Source: Paraspadella gotoi (lineage: Eukaryota; Animalia; Chaetognatha). Taken from it: DNA of 64,000 bases. Of the stretch, positions 60,693 to 64,000 are shown piece after piece. Both the position numbers and the translations under genes were made by a program. The stretch is from assembly GCA_051294375.1 (NCBI GenBank), contig CM119265.1:13012124-13076123 (forward strand), written 5' to 3'. The first letter of the stretch is position 1, and every line of letters starts with the position of its first letter. Below the pieces are notes generated by a model. That model searched no databases and was not told the DNA's origin. It worked only from the letters and a program-made list of their open reading frames with translations.

Positions 60693-62999
60693 TCAAGATA
60701 ATTCATTTTCCGGCAACGTCTGAGCTTCTTTAGTTTTTATTAGATTTCCAACGTGGCATGGATTCGCCCTCTGACTAAAACTAGTTCAACTATAAACGAA
60801 CAAAACAACAGCGAAACTATTGAAAATATATGTGTTTGTCTTCTCGCTTTTGCTCTCACGCAAAGATGGCACATTACGTTATTTTTAAGCGACAAATTTG
60901 ACGTCATTCGTGAAACGACCCCCTCCCGGCTTTGAAATTCTGTAACATTTAATAATGAAGTGATAATGAGAAAATACATTTTTTTACGTTGACTCACAGA
61001 TGAAAAACAAAAATAAACGAAACTCCTGCGGTTGGTGGTTACGTGTATTTGTGATTTAGTTTTTCTGAAAATAATATTATGTACTTTATATAATATTTGA
61101 AATATTATCCTAATTCATTGATATTAAATGAATGAGTAATTTTTAAATTGGTTGTACCAATTTCATACCCCAGTATAAATTATATAGGTTCACGAGAATG
61201 TTCACTTTTGTGAAAAGATGAAGTTTTAATAAACATTAATGTTTAATTCTTAGTAACAAGACACGCTACAATGTTGTTTGTATTTCGTCAAAATTTGTTT
61301 GAATCCTCTCCAGGGCCTCCATATAAACATACATAACATAACATGGGAAAATGAGGAAAAGATATAGAAATAATTAAGACCATTGTTATAATAATTTTAA
61401 AAATATTAGTTCCATCGGTATTCGGTTAAACGATTCTTTTTCAAATATAAAAAATACATTTAAAAATAATAAAATTAATATTTTATTTAAAATAAAATAC
61501 ATAGTTTTATTCAAATTCATTTTGATATTATTCAATAATTTTGTAATAAATATAACATTTTAATAGTAATTTGTATTAATAATTTATTATTATTTTAAAA
61601 TATTTTTATTTTAAATTTATATTCTTAACCTTAAACCTTATATTAAACCTTATATTACCTTATATATTATATATATATTATATATATTATATTATATTTT
61701 TACCTTATATTACCTTATATTAAACCTTATATTACCTTAAACCTTATATTTAGCTTTAACCCTACGTTTACTGTTAATCTTATACTATACTATAGGAAAA
61801 TGTAAAGTCTGTGGATGTCCTCGCTTTTTTTAAGTCTTTGGATCCAACATTTTTTTAATGAATATTAAAATAACAAAAAGAGATTCAAATATCATTTTTG
61901 AAAAATTATAATTAATAATATGGCACTTTTTTTCAAAGAAGCCCCCTTGCTGCGGCTCCTGAAGCAGCTACTTTTTTTACTTTTTGCCGTCGCTCTCACC
62001 GTCGCAACTGCTTCCTCCATCGTTCAAATTATCGTTATCGTTTCTGACGATCCCGATCCTGACGGAGGCTTAATTCTTTCTCTTGCCGAGTTACCCTAAT
62101 CCCAACCCTAATCTATCCTCTAAACTAACCTGTAACCCTAACCGAAACCCTAAACAATCCATCGTTCATGTTAGGACCCGCCGGTCCGTCCCTCCAGGAA
62201 AACGCCCCCGAGAATCTTTGATTCGAGGAACTTCTATCGGCGAGCTGCTTCGGTCGTCCGGGGAAACCCTTCAAAGGCAAGAATTGGCGGCCGGAGTGGA
62301 TCGACGATGATATCAAACAGTTTATCTCTTAATCTTTGAGTTTCTGAAGAATTCTTAAAAAGGGTACCTTAATAAAATAATCAAAGCATATAGATATTCC
62401 AACAGTACACAAAATAATATCAAAAATCATTATTTAAACATTTAAAAGAATTACAATGTATTATATAAAGAAAACGTAATGATTCAGAACGCAATGAATA
62501 ATACTGAAAAAATACTGAATTTCGACAAAAATAACTGAATCCCGACGATGACGAATGTAGAGAAAAGATCATAAATAAACGGTAAATCCTTGTGACGACG
62601 TAATAAAGTTTAAACACAGATATCACGATTTGTGAGTCTTTGGATCTAACATTCAAATTATCGTTCAAATTATCGTCGTCGTATTTGTCATACAGCCAGA
62701 GAGCGAGAGAGATTTTCTGCTCCGTCATACGGCAAGGGGGCATCGATGTTTGAAAAGGCCGAAAAACCATTGCTAATTTTAGCGCGCAGATGCAGTTCAG
62801 TAATCACAGTAATCACTCTCTGTATTTTTAAAATAAAAATAGCAAATTTTAAATATTTTCCTCATTTTCTTAATAAAAAAATAATTAGCTCATTTGTTTA
62901 TTTTAAATTCCTCTATCTCTTTTATTTCTAGTTCTATATAACTATCTAAAATTGTGAAAATGATTCGTTTTTTAACTGACTCTATTCACTGAAACAATC

Positions 63000-64000
63000 A
63001 TGACTCTTGTCCGAGGCACCTCAATGGTCCGTCGGGACGGCGCGCCAACCGCTCCCGCTACTGCCCCTTCCAGCGCCTTTCTGGAGAAGCGCCATAAAGA
63101 ATTGGAGCGTCTTCGTGAAAAAATCGCGTCACAACTGAGCGGGGATCTGGAGGCGCTTTTTCTCTCACAGGACAACGCCAATCTAGTCATGAAGTCCGGC
63201 CACAAAACTTTTCGCGTGCACAAGGAAATAGTTCAAGTTCGAAACCCTTCAATGTTTAGCCGGATGCTGAGGGAAGCCGCCTTCACTCCAGGATGTGAAG
63301 AAGGGGAAAGGCTGCCTCAGTTCGACGTCGACTTTGCCTATGAAGAGTCATTCGAGGAATTTCTCAGGTCCGTTTCTTTTTGCTTTGAAATCTCTTTCGT
63401 CATATTGAATATACTAATTAGACGAACTTGGTCCAATTTTTTGCATTTATGATTTTTTTCTTTTCGCCTTATGAATTCTCGTTTTTCGTTTATCGTGCTA
63501 CCCTAAATATTATTTTACATTCTGACTTTTCTAATCATCTGAAAATATTTTTGATAACTAAGCACCAATTTTTAAATCGCAGGTGCTTATATTCTGAAGA
63601 TACTGGCGATGTATGCGCGAAGATTTCTCAAAGTTGGAAAGAAGCAAAAAAGGATGAAGCAATCAAAAAATCTCAAAAAACCGATGGTAACGTTTTATTA
63701 TTTGTTAGGTAATGATATCACAAAACGTACTACTCTTTTATCATTCAGTTCGCTTCAACTCCACAACTGGGCCAATAATAGTAGTTACCTACAAGCTTTT
63801 ACCGATGGTAGACTTCGTTTTTTCGCAACCGGACGACTTTTCGTGGCATCGGCCAAAAACTGAAGTGAAGCAAGAAAAAGAGGAGGAGGAGCATAAAGAG
63901 AAACACAACGTAGTTGATGTGAGGAAAAGTTCGTACATGCAAAAGGAAGAAATCGAGGAAATCGAATCGAACATGCTTGGTCGAGTCCCCACGAAAGAAG
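63000..64000 (+). CDS. BTB/POZ domain protein, BTBD8-like, 3'-partial; exons approx. 63000-63367, 63583-63686, 63796-end
   Basis: QLSGDLEALFLSQDNANLVMKSGHKTFRVHKEIVQVR..FEEFLRCLYS fits BTB consensus; N-terminus recalls BTBD8. Confidence 0.65.

Overview
AT-rich, intron-containing animal (invertebrate-like) nuclear DNA; the species cannot be determined from the sequence alone. Nine protein genes can be read: AASS (minus, 3' end beyond window start), a type II membrane protein with two divergent fibrinogen-like domains, XRRA1, a tightly packed minus-strand run RRP8-SEC31-GOSR2-DDA1 (54-321 nt apart, operon-like), an intronless SLC49A4/DIRC2-like MFS transporter and the start of a BTBD8-like gene. 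Introns and intergenic DNA are full of nested non-autonomous mobile elements (Helentron/DINE-like, hAT-like, Tc1/mariner-like MITEs, foldbacks, a tRNA-SINE). Most unusual: (1) about ten 220-330 bp GC-rich, hairpin-dense LTR-like elements with 4-bp target duplications, whose stems appear to covary between diverged copies and fold better on the antisense strand, including one miniature LTR-internal-LTR element with an extended tRNA-Trp primer-binding site; (2) six Penelope-type minimal hammerhead ribozyme motifs; (3) the candidate trans-spliced operon; (4) two GC-AG introns. All calls are by eye; no database searches or folding programs were run.
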